A stretch of DNA of 64,000 nt from a virus (taxonomy: Duplodnaviria; Caudoviricetes): positions 64,001 to 128,000 of IMG/VR virus record IMGVR_UViG_3300036783_000180, one strand, 5' to 3'. The notes under the pieces are model-generated. The model searched no databases. It was not told the DNA's origin and saw nothing but the letters and a program-made list of their open reading frames with translations. How positions within the stretch are numbered: position 1 is the first letter of the stretch; every line of letters begins with the position of its first letter. Made by a program: the position numbers and the translations under genes. Below are positions 1 through 10,971 of this stretch, piece by piece.

Positions 1-129
1 CGCTTGAGTTGGTGTAGGGCCTGCATAAATTACCGTACGGTCAGCACGAGTAAAGTTCTTTTCAGCTACACCACCCTGAATATTCTTATCATGGTAGTCC
101 CACTTTGGTACTCCAATACCGTTAGACAT
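1..129 (-). CDS. 5' part of a probable tail tube protein (runs off the window edge)
   Basis: RBS AGGTGAGG then ATG at 129 (MSNGIGVPKWDYHDKNIQGG...); lies directly after the sheath gene. Confidence 0.55.
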   Translation of the reverse strand, partial: MSNGIGVPKWDYHDKNIQGGVAEKNFTRADRTVIYAGPTPTQA

Positions 130-147
130 ATTCGGTCACCTCACCTA

Positions 148-1644
148 TTAAATTTGGATGTAAACATCTAAGTTGTTCGCAGGGTATGCAGGAGTCATTC
201 GTAAACGAGTAACTAAGTTACGTTCGTTACGACGTTCTGTTGTGCTTGTTCCGCTTTGACGCATCTGCCATCCTGTTATAACCTTGATGTCTCGTGCAAG
301 ACCTAATTCCTTACACTCTTCGATAGAACTCGTCAGCGTACCATCTAGGCGCTCCATGAACCCATCAGTGATGTTGTTTTTACCACTGTATGGTTTCAGA
401 CGATCACGAATTCGTTTTACAACTACGTCAAAGTTTTTGATCATGGAGTACTCTTGTTCCTCAGCACGTTCACTTTGCGCAGTAGTTAATTGATGACGAA
501 TTACTAAAGGTCCGTCAGTTTCCTCTTGGTACACAATAAACACACCACGTTTTGCTAACTCGTCCCATTTACGAGGACGGAATTTAGGTGTGTTAACACG
601 ATAGAATACACCTATGATTTCACGTAAGGATAATGGTTCTACAGGACCAACAACTGAATCTAAAGCTACGATAGCTGCGTTAACAAAGTAACTTGGTAGG
701 TCACTATAAACAACTCCGCCATGTAAGATATCAACAGTTTTCACACCGAAGACATTTACAATACGAGTGTTGTTTAGAGACTCTGACAATCCACCAACTT
801 TGTCAATTAACTCGTCCATGTCGTTGATGTTAGTGATTTTTCTCATATCAAATCCAGTGAATCCAACAGTCTCACGACGGTCATTCGGATTTGATATAGC
901 AGAAACGAATTCCGTTAACGCATTCGTAACATCTTGATCTTGACTCAACGGACAAATGCGGTAAGCATTGTTTTTATAGTACGCTTTTTCCATTATTTTT
1001 ATAATTTCTTTAGAAGTCGCAGCTTCACCAAAATTACGAGGAACCTCTAAATAATAGAAATACGGACAACCTAATCGGAATGCAATTTCTGCTGCAACAG
1101 CAATGTCATTTACAACTGTTTTTCCGTTCTCTTCTAAAAGGAATGGACCAAAGATTTCACGAGCATAAAAACGATCTTCCATACCAATTATACGTAAATC
1201 GAAAGCTGAATCAGATACCTCTGTACTTAATGTTACGTTGAACATTAAATCAGAGTTTTTCACCGTTTCACCAATAAATTCAACATCTACCTCTAGCACA
1301 ACGGAGTTAGAAGTAACCTTATGAATCTTTGTGATATTATAATCTTTTCCCTCTTCTAAAATAGCCTCTCCACTATCTTTCACTATAGATAATGTGTGAA
1401 GTTTAAATTCAGTATCCTTAAATACTTGTAAGTTAATAGCATTTTGTACAGATACGGAAAACTTAGTGTTAGGGAATTCTTTGTGATTCGCTTTCACGTT
1501 TTCAATTTTGATATCACGTTTTAGTGAAGTCATACCTGTTCCGATATATACCGGATGAAACTCAGTCATAGAATTAGACTGTGTTTGTGGTTGACGTTCA
1601 ATGATAACGTTAGTACCTGGTGGAGTATAATCTTTGTATGCCAC
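148..1644 (-). CDS. Tail sheath protein
   Basis: Y-x-PPG N-terminus; sheath-type C-terminus (VIRHQLTT...EYSMIKNFD...YSGKNNIT...PAYPANNLDVYI); position in module. Confidence 0.8.
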   Translation of the reverse strand: MAYKDYTPPGTNVIIERQPQTQSNSMTEFHPVYIGTGMTSLKRDIKIENVKANHKEFPNTKFSVSVQNAINLQVFKDTEFKLHTLSIVKDSGEAILEEGKDYNITKIHKVTSNSVVLEVDVEFIGETVKNSDLMFNVTLSTEVSDSAFDLRIIGMEDRFYAREIFGPFLLEENGKTVVNDIAVAAEIAFRLGCPYFYYLEVPRNFGEAATSKEIIKIMEKAYYKNNAYRICPLSQDQDVTNALTEFVSAISNPNDRRETVGFTGFDMRKITNINDMDELIDKVGGLSESLNNTRIVNVFGVKTVDILHGGVVYSDLPSYFVNAAIVALDSVVGPVEPLSLREIIGVFYRVNTPKFRPRKWDELAKRGVFIVYQEETDGPLVIRHQLTTAQSERAEEQEYSMIKNFDVVVKRIRDRLKPYSGKNNITDGFMERLDGTLTSSIEECKELGLARDIKVITGWQMRQSGTSTTERRNERNLVTRLRMTPAYPANNLDVYIQI

Positions 1645-1712
1645 TATAACTCAACTACCTTTCTCTAAAATATTTACTATTTAAATTGTAAAACACATTG
1701 GATAATAAATCA

Positions 1713-2504
1713 CTACTTATTATCCTGCTGCTTCCGCCATTCTTGGTACACTCTAATGCCAGGTGTTTGAACTTCATTGGAGAATGGTCTTTCTTCGTTG
1801 TCATCTTTTTTAATTAAATTTCCCTCTATATCGTGATAACCTGTTCTAGCTTCCTTGTCCTGCACAACAACACTAGCACCAGGAGGGCGGTATCCATGAA
1901 TTTCTTCATCAGGATCAGTCTCGATTTCAGGATTTACAATTACTTCATCCGTTTCTCCAGATGACTTTTTGTTTTCCCAAGGAACATCGATGATAAATTG
2001 GATGGTAGTTTGATAGACTTTTTTATCTTCACGATATACATCCGTTTCAGAAACTTGAGCCCCATTAATAATCAAACCAACATTACTATACATACCTTTA
2101 CAAGCGAACAAACAAATCTCTGATAATTCATCAGCTAAATCACTTGATTCTTCTTCCGTAAAGGCATGAACGATAACGACGATAGTTGGAGAAATCATTT
2201 TAAAATACTTCGTCCCTACAATTGCTCCAGTTGAATCTGTTACAAAACCAGACATATTGTTATTTAGCATATCGTTGAATCCTTTTTGGTATCCACCCGC
2301 TTTTACAATAAATCGTGGTTGTGTACCACTAACACTTGGATTTCCGTAAGACGGATAAATCATGATTTTCGTTTTCAAATCATTATCATCGTATTTGTAA
2401 GCAGGATGATTTTTATAAATCTCGTGCGTTACACTTAAAAAACGTTCTGTTATCTCTTTCTTAAATAAATTAAGTTCAGGAAATATCGTTCGTTTATTAG
2501 CCAT
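1713..2504 (-). CDS. Tail terminator / neck protein
   Basis: Start moved to ATG 2504 behind GAGGTGG; lies between neck and sheath genes. Confidence 0.55.
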   Translation of the reverse strand: MANKRTIFPELNLFKKEITERFLSVTHEIYKNHPAYKYDDNDLKTKIMIYPSYGNPSVSGTQPRFIVKAGGYQKGFNDMLNNNMSGFVTDSTGAIVGTKYFKMISPTIVVIVHAFTEEESSDLADELSEICLFACKGMYSNVGLIINGAQVSETDVYREDKKVYQTTIQFIIDVPWENKKSSGETDEVIVNPEIETDPDEEIHGYRPPGASVVVQDKEARTGYHDIEGNLIKKDDNEERPFSNEVQTPGIRVYQEWRKQQDNK

Positions 2505-3252
2505 CAAAATCCACCTCAACTTTGTAAGCAGGATCTCCCATCTCAATAGGTACCATACTTAATATCTGTCTGATTATATAACGAGACTTCGTGCGTGGGG
2601 TGACTTGAGTAACCCTGTATCTGTAATTCATCGTATCTACAATTACATCCCCCGGTGTGATTAACGGATAATTAGCTAACCAAGCATTCACAGGAGTTTT
2701 AGATACTTCGTCACTGTCTAGCATTCCTGATTCATCTACAAATGCGCTGATATCGGTAGAAATTAAAAATTCAATAGGAGGATAATATCCACCTACTATA
2801 ACTCCTGTTCCGTTACAAGTATCGCAGTCAGCAAAACGTACACGCTTCGTGATAGGATTCCAACATTCGGGACATGTCTTATCACCTTCACCGTTATCTC
2901 TACGCTTAATCAATAACGCTACAGGTGGGTTTTTCATAACACGTAGTGCAACTTTCGCTTCATGGATAACTACATTAGCGATGTTATCTTTCGGTTGATA
3001 ACGTAGTGTTTCTATATCACTTTCAGCGACTTTATTACCATTCGAATATCCTTCTACACGATAGAAGTATTTCAATGAATGATTCATAAAATTAACCTTT
3101 GTATCAACAAAATGATTCATATTAACATCTTTTGCTATTACTTCAAATTCATCTTGTGGAGAATGCGAGCGAAGTACTGTAAAAGTGTCTCCTTCTATAC
3201 CTTTCCATTCCACATACAATTCTTTAGTAGAAAGTGGTACCGTCTTAATCAC
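2497..3252 (-). CDS. Head closure / neck protein with Zn-finger insert
   Basis: CPEC...CDTCNGTG motif, ITPGDVIVD...RYRV beta-barrel motif, synteny. Confidence 0.6.
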   Translation of the reverse strand: MIKTVPLSTKELYVEWKGIEGDTFTVLRSHSPQDEFEVIAKDVNMNHFVDTKVNFMNHSLKYFYRVEGYSNGNKVAESDIETLRYQPKDNIANVVIHEAKVALRVMKNPPVALLIKRRDNGEGDKTCPECWNPITKRVRFADCDTCNGTGVIVGGYYPPIEFLISTDISAFVDESGMLDSDEVSKTPVNAWLANYPLITPGDVIVDTMNYRYRVTQVTPRTKSRYIIRQILSMVPIEMGDPAYKVEVDFDG

Positions 3253-3253
3253 A

Positions 3254-3697
3254 CTACCACCTCCAACCCATAGGACTTCCTAAACCTCTAAAACGAGGAA
3301 CTTGCCCTCTTTTAAAATCACTAAGCTTACGTAAATAGTTAACAATCTTTTGCTGCATCCAACTTTGATAATGACCAGACTTATCATTTAAATTGACAGA
3401 GAATCCTGCATCACTGTAACTAACTTGATTTCGTAAATGCAATAACCCTCTAGCTTGGAACATAAAGAGTTCAGCGCCATCTAAAAGTAAACTTGTTTTT
3501 GGGAAGTTATCTAATCTGTAATTGTTTCGTGGTTCTTCCTCATTAATATCTGAAAGTGCTTCTAGAATGTAACCTTCAAGCTGATCATCTGTAAATTCTA
3601 AATCCTCATCCAAAATATTTTTAATTGGATCAGTATCATAAATACGTAAACGAAGCCTTTTAATCAAACTTTCCATTAGTTCCGTTCTTTCAGCCAT
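3254..3697 (-). CDS. Head-tail adaptor protein
   Basis: LRLRIYD...FTDDQLEGYI helical adaptor-like motif; synteny. Confidence 0.6.
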   Translation of the reverse strand: MAERTELMESLIKRLRLRIYDTDPIKNILDEDLEFTDDQLEGYILEALSDINEEEPRNNYRLDNFPKTSLLLDGAELFMFQARGLLHLRNQVSYSDAGFSVNLNDKSGHYQSWMQQKIVNYLRKLSDFKRGQVPRFRGLGSPMGWRW

Positions 3698-3710
3698 AGT
3701 ATATCACCCC

Positions 3711-4118
3711 TTATTCTGCATCAGCAGGAGTTACTTCAAACCCAAAGTGAATTAGTACAGCATCCTTCACTTCTTGTTCTTTTGTACGGCTATGAACACC
3801 TTCTAGTTCAATTGCATTATCCTTTAAGAACTTAAGTAAATCTTTCTTACCCATGCCCTCGATTTCTTCTTTTGTTAAAGTGACAGGTTCGGCGGGCGTA
3901 ATAACTTCTTCTGTATCCTCAACCTCTTCCGCAACTACATCTTCATCAATTGAGATAGCACCTTGTTCTTTCAAGAAATACGCAGTATCTAAGTCTGCTT
4001 GTTTCTTGAATGTCACAGGTTGATTAATTCCCGGTTGCAATACCGTTCGAGCTAAAGCTAACGCAATTTTCGTTTCGTTCTTAATCCATAATGTGTGTTT
4101 GATTTTTTTATTTGCCAT
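3711..4118 (-). CDS. Hypothetical head-module protein with C-terminal HeH-like helices
   Basis: ORF with RBS GGAGGTG, first gene after the capsid terminator. Confidence 0.5.
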   Translation of the reverse strand: MANKKIKHTLWIKNETKIALALARTVLQPGINQPVTFKKQADLDTAYFLKEQGAISIDEDVVAEEVEDTEEVITPAEPVTLTKEEIEGMGKKDLLKFLKDNAIELEGVHSRTKEQEVKDAVLIHFGFEVTPADAE

Positions 4119-4149
4119 ATTAAAAACACCTCCATCGTCATTATAGCAT

Positions 4150-4188
4150 AAGAAAAAGCGAGACTCGTTAGAAGTCCCGCTTTTTCTT
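4150..4188 (-). terminator. Intrinsic terminator after the major capsid gene
   Basis: AAGAAAAAGCG...CGCTTTTTCTT inverted repeat. Confidence 0.75.
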
Positions 4189-4211
4189 TATATTATATGG
4201 AATTAGTTAAC

Positions 4212-5138
4212 TTAAGGTTTTTTAGGACCTGTAGCACCAAGTTCTAAACGAGCAACTGCTTTCGCATCGTGAATGAACATTCCGATGAACTCGTAAGCCA
4301 TTACTTCTTTATCCTTAGTTTCAGGAATACGTTGAACATCCATTGTGATGTCACGTAGGATTGGCATACGTCCAAGTACTTCTTTTGGAGAAAGACCGTA
4401 AACGTATTTCTCTTCAACGATGATACCTGTAACCATTTTAATGCCGCCCCAAATTGTAGGAAGCTCACCAGTTTCTAACACTGTACGTTGAGAAACTTCG
4501 TCAAGATCATCTTCGCCCCATAGTAAGAAGTCATCGTAAGTAGCTGGGTTCATTAAGTACGCAGCGAACGCAACGTTGTTACGAGAGAAGATTTTCTTAA
4601 CAGATAGCAAACCAGCTTTTGTGATAGCTGTTTCAGCTTGGAAAGCTTGTTGTTTTGGAGAGTTGTCGATAAGCATATTTACAACACGTAAGAATTCTTT
4701 ATCTTCAACTTCTGCCATAGCTTGTCCAGCTTTTTCTTGTGTACGACGCATTAAGTCGTAAGGTTGAGTGTCAAGATCCCATTGAGTAATCGTTAAGCGT
4801 GGTGTAGCGATTTCGTAGAAATCAACTTTAACAGTGTCGCCTTTGATGATTAAACTTGGAACTTCACCTTCACGTGGCATTACAGCAGCTGTAGCGTCAA
4901 CATCTTTAGAGTAAGTAACGTAAACCTCTTCGTTAAAACGAGTTAAGTCTTCAGGAGAAACGTCAGTTACAGTGATAACGTCACGTACGAAACCTTCGTA
5001 GTCACGAACAACTTGGATAAATTCAGGCATTTTCGTTGCCGCATAACGCTCGAATCCTTCCGATTGTTCAAGCAATTGTTTTAAGTCATATTCTTCTTCG
5101 CGCATTTCGTTACCCATGCGTGGTTCATGTAATGGCAT
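4212..5138 (-). CDS. Major capsid protein (HK97 fold)
   Basis: 308 aa; PREGEVP, YLMNPATY, YEFIGMFI motifs; highly expressed codon usage; follows scaffold and decoration genes. Confidence 0.8.
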   Translation of the reverse strand: MPLHEPRMGNEMREEEYDLKQLLEQSEGFERYAATKMPEFIQVVRDYEGFVRDVITVTDVSPEDLTRFNEEVYVTYSKDVDATAAVMPREGEVPSLIIKGDTVKVDFYEIATPRLTITQWDLDTQPYDLMRRTQEKAGQAMAEVEDKEFLRVVNMLIDNSPKQQAFQAETAITKAGLLSVKKIFSRNNVAFAAYLMNPATYDDFLLWGEDDLDEVSQRTVLETGELPTIWGGIKMVTGIIVEEKYVYGLSPKEVLGRMPILRDITMDVQRIPETKDKEVMAYEFIGMFIHDAKAVARLELGATGPKKP

Positions 5139-5171
5139 TTTAATAGCCCCTTTCTGTATCCGTTATTTTAA

Positions 5172-5618
5172 TTAGCCTTCAATACGTAGGTATTGATATT
5201 CCTGAGAAGGAATACGTGTTACAGTGCCGACAATTAAATGTGCAGCAGTTTCAGGTTTAGCAGGAACTAATAATCCACCAGCTTTTGTTGTAACAGCTTG
5301 ACCATTTTTGAATGAAGCTGTTTTATCGAATTGGTCAGTACCTAATTCGTAGTTACCTTTAAGACAAGCAATCATTCCAACGCGGCTAACGTTATCGCGA
5401 CCTTCTAAAAGTTCCATTTGTAATCCGCGACCTTTTCCAGCCCAACGTTCGTTTAATGTTGGGTATGCAGGACGAGTACCGTCAGCGTATTCCCATTCAC
5501 CTTCGTCGTTTAAGTGGAAAAACTGTCCAGCTTGGATTTCGCCTACTGTTTCGCTAACGCGGTGACCAGATAAGCGGTGTGCTTTTTGATGATAAATGTT
5601 TTGTCTATCAAGTGCCAT
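5172..5618 (-). CDS. Capsid decoration / cement protein
   Basis: 148 aa, Gly-rich beta protein immediately upstream of the capsid gene. Confidence 0.55.
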   Translation of the reverse strand: MALDRQNIYHQKAHRLSGHRVSETVGEIQAGQFFHLNDEGEWEYADGTRPAYPTLNERWAGKGRGLQMELLEGRDNVSRVGMIACLKGNYELGTDQFDKTASFKNGQAVTTKAGGLLVPAKPETAAHLIVGTVTRIPSQEYQYLRIEG

Positions 5619-5639
5619 TTTGTATATCCTCCCTTTGAT

Positions 5640-6845
5640 TTAATGTTTGTTTAATTCTCGTGCTGCTTCGCCGATAGTTTGTCCTCGTTTGGATAAACCT
5701 CTCTCGACTGGCGCTGCATAAGAATCGAATCCATTACTATTATAATCTACTAAAATGTCCAAACTTGCAAGCCCTTCTTCTTGATTCTTCGCTTGTTTGA
5801 TTAACATATTGTAAAGATTTAATACATCTTCACTAGCAGTTTTCAATTCACCCAAACGTTCGTCATATTGAGATTGCTTAATCATGCCCAATTCTAGCAT
5901 ATCGCCGATCATATCGAAAGCTACTTTTTCGCGCTCTTTTGTAAAGACTGATTCTTTATAAGAAGAAAATTCAGAAGCAGTTTTATCTAATTCTCTTCGA
6001 ACACTAGATAATTCACTTTGCACTTCCGCAGTCTTCTTACGCTCATAAGAAGCTTCCTTTCGCAATAGTTGATTCTCATTTGTTAAGCTACCAATCTCAG
6101 CAGCACTCTTTTCTAGACTGTCTTCGAGTTGGGCAATCTTGTTCATTGAAGCTTGTTTGTCCATCTCTAAAGACAAAATTTCCTCTTCTAATATACCACG
6201 AACTTCCATACCGTTGCCATTACTTTCCGCAACTTTCGTCGTTCCTGATTCCTCTTCCTCTTTTCCATACATCTTTTCACCGACATATGCAGTAGCTAAG
6301 AATGGAGATACAACCTTTGTTGTATTCGTAACAGGTCCCATTAATGAAGGTCTTCTATCTTGACCACCCGAACCTTCAAATAACTGACTCACGCTACCAT
6401 CAGGGTTAACTTTTTCACCAACTGCAACACCTCGCCCTGCTTCTCCCGTAGGAGTCGAGAAGAACTTACCCCTTGCGGTTTCAGGTGTTTTACCCGCTAA
6501 CTTTTTACCCGCCCAAGTATCAGCGGCTACTGTTTTTTCTTTTAAATACGCCATACCGTCTTTTGCTTTTTGACTGATTTTATCACCTTTAGGAAGAAAT
6601 TTTAAAGCGCCCATACCTGCATCTAGTACAAGTCCATTCGACTCTCTATCCAATTCTTCCCTCTGTATTTTTTTTATTTTTTCTGCATCATACATTCGAA
6701 CAGGACCATTCACTGCGCCTAACTCTCGTCCGTTGTTCATAACGAATTTACCCATATTCTTACCACGACTAGCCCCGCCAAAAAGCTTTCCGAAGAAAGC
6801 TTTTTTTTCTAAAAAGGCTTGGCCGCTTAAGTCTACATTACTCAT
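5640..6845 (-). CDS. Scaffold-like coiled-coil head protein with K-x-A motifs
   Basis: Long coiled coil; DKQAS, EKSAA, RKEAS, DKTAS, LKTAS. Confidence 0.55.
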   Translation of the reverse strand: MSNVDLSGQAFLEKKAFFGKLFGGASRGKNMGKFVMNNGRELGAVNGPVRMYDAEKIKKIQREELDRESNGLVLDAGMGALKFLPKGDKISQKAKDGMAYLKEKTVAADTWAGKKLAGKTPETARGKFFSTPTGEAGRGVAVGEKVNPDGSVSQLFEGSGGQDRRPSLMGPVTNTTKVVSPFLATAYVGEKMYGKEEEESGTTKVAESNGNGMEVRGILEEEILSLEMDKQASMNKIAQLEDSLEKSAAEIGSLTNENQLLRKEASYERKKTAEVQSELSSVRRELDKTASEFSSYKESVFTKEREKVAFDMIGDMLELGMIKQSQYDERLGELKTASEDVLNLYNMLIKQAKNQEEGLASLDILVDYNSNGFDSYAAPVERGLSKRGQTIGEAARELNKH

Positions 6846-6878
6846 GAGATGCGCCTCCCTTCTTTTCCCTATTATACT

Positions 6879-7562
6879 TTAGTTCAAGTATGTGCGTAAT
6901 CCATCAATTAAAACTTTAGAGTCTTTTATGTCATACGCAATAGAAGGGTTCGCTCTGTCTTTCATCAAACTTACAATCGCATCAGCGATTTTCTGTTTTG
7001 TATGAGGTCGTAACATTGTTGTTAAATCGCCAGCTTGTTTTACAATCGTTAATTTAAGACGGTCAGCTTCATAAGAACTCAACATTAATTCTTGCATCAA
7101 TCTCTCTTTAACGTATTCTAGTAAATCTTTATTACTCACTACTTTCATGTTAACCATGCCAAATGAACTCTTTAATGCATTGGGATTCGTAGAAAGTTCT
7201 GTACCCATCGCATCTACAATTCCGTCAATAATCTTACCTTGATCTCCTTGAAATCGATTTTGAATTTTCTCGGATTGCGTAATAACACGAGAAGAAAATT
7301 CATGAGCAACGCCATCAGATACACCCAATCGTTGAGCGATTAAATTTTTTGTACTGTCAAACAAATCGATACCTCTAGAAACAAAAGCTTCTTTTGTCAT
7401 AGTATTTTCACTAGCTGTTTTTTCAAGCGAGTCTGGAACTAGACTCGCTTGTTTTTCTAAATACTCTCGTAAACCTTTGTTTTCTGTATGCGATAATTTA
7501 TCTAAAGATAACTCTTCTTTCTTCGCACGATTTGACTTCATTAAAACATCATAATTTCGCAT
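6879..7562 (-). CDS. Head-associated (internal) protein
   Basis: EKQAS, EKTAS, TKEAF motifs; position in head module. Confidence 0.5.
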   Translation of the reverse strand: MRNYDVLMKSNRAKKEELSLDKLSHTENKGLREYLEKQASLVPDSLEKTASENTMTKEAFVSRGIDLFDSTKNLIAQRLGVSDGVAHEFSSRVITQSEKIQNRFQGDQGKIIDGIVDAMGTELSTNPNALKSSFGMVNMKVVSNKDLLEYVKERLMQELMLSSYEADRLKLTIVKQAGDLTTMLRPHTKQKIADAIVSLMKDRANPSIAYDIKDSKVLIDGLRTYLN

Positions 7563-10032
7563 CCATATTCACTCCATTCTGTTCTAATGTGTGTTTCACA
7601 CTCTCAGGATTTAATTGACTTTTAGGTTTAGCACCACTTGAGTTGAGAAGCTTTCCGAATACAAACGCATCTACCATTCGTCCAGGGATAGAACCTGCAA
7701 ATGATCTATTGTCAGCGATTGTATCTAAAACTAATGTGTTAAGAAAATCATTTGAAGCTTCTTTGATTTGACCATGTGTATATTCAGCCGCAGACTTTAA
7801 GAATAATCCTTTCGCATTACTCGGAAGACCTGCATGACCTAACAATTCTTTCGCTTCTTTTTCCATATTACCACTAGATAATAATGTAGCAGTTTTTAAA
7901 AGCGCCACTTCATTAGCGTTCAATCCATTTTCAGAAGCGAACTTAGTTAGGAACTCTTCGTTAAATGCGCTGAAATTACCAGAAGGATACACAGACGCTT
8001 CTTTAACTAATTCTTCGAACTCTTGCGCCGCACTCTTTGTAATAGCACTCTTCGCTTTATTAACTGCTTCAGGGAAATCTTTCATAACGACTTTACTTAC
8101 AGGCTTACCTGCAATTACGCCACCTAGTGTAAGCATTCCCGGACGGTCTGCAATGAAGTTTTCAGCATCAGATAAGTTTCTTCCGTTCTCTCGTCTGTTT
8201 TTTTCGAATGCACTAGCACCGTAAACAAGAGGGGCAGTGATACCTAGTAACTTCATTGTGCCTAGTCCACCTGCACGTTTGTTTTGAACGATACGAGCCG
8301 CTTCTTCTTGTTGTAGACGTTTACCTTCTGCAACGCCATTATTATACAATAACGCCTCATTCATACCGTTAAATGGATTAGTGAATGCGGCAGTTTTTTC
8401 TAATTCAGAATCAAGGTATTGCGCCATTTTAATTAATCGTGTTACACGAATTTTAGGACGCATATCTTGATAACTACGGTAAGCGAGTGTGCCTAAAATA
8501 TCACCTAGAGATTTAGGATTAACCATCATGTCGATATCTCGTCTTACATCGCTTCCTCCAACTAATGAATGCCCACCTGTTAGCACCGCAGCTAAACGCG
8601 GAATTAAATAATCAGCACCTTGACTACGAGATTCTAAGAATGGAGACATTTGACTACGAATGACTTTTACTACCTTCGTAGATGGGATATCATCTAAGTC
8701 ATCATGAACATTAATGCCACCCATGAATCCGAATGGATCAGAATTAAAACCTTTCATATCATGAGCAGTGCCATCATATAATTCAGTTAATCCCGATGGA
8801 TCGTTAATGTCAGGTAATTGTTCTGTAGCAAGAGAAGTTACTTTAAATGCTTTCGCTACATCAGACGGGAATACATCTTTGCTATCAGAATCCGATAAAG
8901 ATAATTCAGGTCTGTAATGAGCGTCAGTTAATCCAGAAAGAATCGTATGCAATTCACCTGGGAAGAATTCAATCCCCAATGTTTCTGCAATTACTAAGAA
9001 TGTAGAGAATACTTTATGCTCAGATAAACCTTCTTCTTCAGCTAACGATTTTAGCGTCCCTGCAATGTTCATTAACGATTCATCATCGAAACGTTTTTCT
9101 GTTAAGAATTTAACGATACGTAACATTTCTCCGCCTTTTTCCATATCCTCTTCGGTAGGAATAGAAGAAACGTTTACGATTTTACCTGTTAACTCTTTTT
9201 CTAATTCCGCTAGCTTTTGGAACATAGGGTTTGTGTGAGAAGCCACTTTTTCGATATCCCTTTGAACTAAAGGATGCAGTACTTTATCATGACTAGCCAC
9301 TTTATCCATTTCATAATCACTTAAACGAATGAAGCGAGTTTTTCCGTTTGCAGAAGCTACTTTTTGGAATGCAGTTTTAGATTGACCTTGACCAGAATCA
9401 AAAACAACTAAAGCTTTTGCAACACGCTCAGCGCCATTTAGTACCGCAGAAGAGTCGTGGAATTTCGGCTTGTGGTTAATTTCATAAACTCGTTCTCCAT
9501 TACCTAAGAACTGCATACGGTATTGTCTGATATGGTCACAGAATTCAGTTTGTTTACGAGCTTTATTACCGCAAACAGAGCAGATTGTGTAAGGCACTCG
9601 GCAACCCATAGAAACGTCAGTTAAGTATCCTTTTTCGAAACCACGCACAATTTCAGGAGCGATTTTTTTATCGATACTTTTGAAGATTTCTACACATTTT
9701 AAAACAGGGTTCCAACGAACAGAAATGATTTCACCAATTGCTTGTTCAATCTTTTTGTTTTCGTGGTTTTTAAATACATGACCATCTTTGAAAGTTTCAT
9801 ATGTGTCGATTAATTCACTTTCAGGGAAGTAGTCACCGTTTTTGTTCGGGCCATAATATTCGCCTGCACTGATAATCCGCACCCATAAGTACATGAAATC
9901 AGGATCGAACTCAAAGCCATCAGGTAAATCTACATTTGTACTTGCCACTTTTTCTAAGTGTTCAGCACTTGCTACATTGTACAATTCGTACTCAGAAATT
10001 TGAGAAGGGATTGATTTGTCAAAACCGTTCAC
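7549..10032 (-). CDS. Prohead protease fused to a long internal-head region
   Basis: Likely start GTG 10032 behind AAAGGAG; GPNKNGDYF, FKNHEN (His), DVSMGC (Ser), CSVCGN..FCDH; many K-x-A motifs. Confidence 0.65.
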   Translation of the reverse strand: MNGFDKSIPSQISEYELYNVASAEHLEKVASTNVDLPDGFEFDPDFMYLWVRIISAGEYYGPNKNGDYFPESELIDTYETFKDGHVFKNHENKKIEQAIGEIISVRWNPVLKCVEIFKSIDKKIAPEIVRGFEKGYLTDVSMGCRVPYTICSVCGNKARKQTEFCDHIRQYRMQFLGNGERVYEINHKPKFHDSSAVLNGAERVAKALVVFDSGQGQSKTAFQKVASANGKTRFIRLSDYEMDKVASHDKVLHPLVQRDIEKVASHTNPMFQKLAELEKELTGKIVNVSSIPTEEDMEKGGEMLRIVKFLTEKRFDDESLMNIAGTLKSLAEEEGLSEHKVFSTFLVIAETLGIEFFPGELHTILSGLTDAHYRPELSLSDSDSKDVFPSDVAKAFKVTSLATEQLPDINDPSGLTELYDGTAHDMKGFNSDPFGFMGGINVHDDLDDIPSTKVVKVIRSQMSPFLESRSQGADYLIPRLAAVLTGGHSLVGGSDVRRDIDMMVNPKSLGDILGTLAYRSYQDMRPKIRVTRLIKMAQYLDSELEKTAAFTNPFNGMNEALLYNNGVAEGKRLQQEEAARIVQNKRAGGLGTMKLLGITAPLVYGASAFEKNRRENGRNLSDAENFIADRPGMLTLGGVIAGKPVSKVVMKDFPEAVNKAKSAITKSAAQEFEELVKEASVYPSGNFSAFNEEFLTKFASENGLNANEVALLKTATLLSSGNMEKEAKELLGHAGLPSNAKGLFLKSAAEYTHGQIKEASNDFLNTLVLDTIADNRSFAGSIPGRMVDAFVFGKLLNSSGAKPKSQLNPESVKHTLEQNGVNMDAKL

Positions 10033-10097
10033 AGCATTCACTCCTTTATTTTGTTCTAAAAAAAGTATAGCACACGTTGTATAGCAGGAGAACAAAA

Positions 10098-10187
10098 GAA
10101 AAACCGCCCCAAAGGGCAGTTCTCATTTTAATCTGAAAAGCAAAAAAATAAAGCCACGCCCCGAAGGGCGCAGCATATGTTTTTTTA
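10098..10187 (-). terminator. Two terminator-like hairpins after ssb
   Basis: CGCCC-CAAA-GGGCA and CGCCC-CGAA-GGGCG stems next to A/T tracts. Confidence 0.55.
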
Positions 10188-10189
10188 TC

Positions 10190-10720
10190 TTAGAAAGGTA
10201 AGTCGTCATCAGAAATATCAATTGGTTGACCAACATTCTTAAATGGATCGTCGTTTTGGTTGCTACCTTGATTACCCCATTGTCCACTATTGCCTTGATT
10301 TCCTTGGTTGCCTTGGTTTCCTTGGTTGCCTTGGTTGCCCCATTGGCTACCATTATTACCTTGATTAGAAAATTGACCATTAGCACGTGATTCTGTCGTG
10401 TTACGTGGTTCTAAGAATTGCACACTCTCTGCAAGTACTTCTGTTACATATACACGCTTACCATCTTGACCATCATAGTTACGAGTTTGAAGACGACCAT
10501 CAACTCCTGCTAAACTACCTTTCTTTAGGTAATTAGCTACGTTTTCCGCTTGCTTACGCCAAATTACACAATTAATAAAATCCGCTTCACGTTCACCTTG
10601 TTGATTTGAAAACGGACGATTTACAGCTAATGTAATTGTACAAACTGCTACTCCATTAGGTGTGTAACGTAAATCAGGATCTTTCGTTAAACGCCCTACC
10701 AAAATCACTCTATTCATCAT
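10190..10720 (-). CDS. ssb: Single-stranded DNA-binding protein
   Basis: [22 protein letters not shown]...; GNQ-repeat linker; C-terminal ISDDDLPF. Confidence 0.97.
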   Translation of the reverse strand: MMNRVILVGRLTKDPDLRYTPNGVAVCTITLAVNRPFSNQQGEREADFINCVIWRKQAENVANYLKKGSLAGVDGRLQTRNYDGQDGKRVYVTEVLAESVQFLEPRNTTESRANGQFSNQGNNGSQWGNQGNQGNQGNQGNQGNSGQWGNQGSNQNDDPFKNVGQPIDISDDDLPF

Positions 10721-10916
10721 AATCAATCTCTCCATTTCGCTTCTTTAGATTTGGGTACTTCTCTTTAAAGTACCTTTCGATTTCTTCTGGTGTCATATAA
10801 TACACCGTCACTTCACTTGGTAAACGATTTGTTTGTTCACCGCGCTTTTCCACACTATAAGGCTTTTTACCATAATGCGTTCTTACTTGTTTTACCATTT
10901 TTGCCACCTCCATCAT
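10710..10916 (-). CDS. Hypothetical protein
   Basis: ORF coupled to ssb. Confidence 0.55.
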   Translation of the reverse strand: MMEVAKMVKQVRTHYGKKPYSVEKRGEQTNRLPSEVTVYYMTPEEIERYFKEKYPNLKKRNGEIDYDE

Positions 10917-10971
10917 TTAGGTTCAATTAATTATTACCATTCAAACGATAGAGGTGCAAGGAAGTATATCG

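Noticed and set aside
10270-10365. 9-bp tandem repeats and overlapping ORF 10123-10386
   Set aside because: They encode the ordinary GNQ linker of SSB; the overlapping ORF is a shadow frame.
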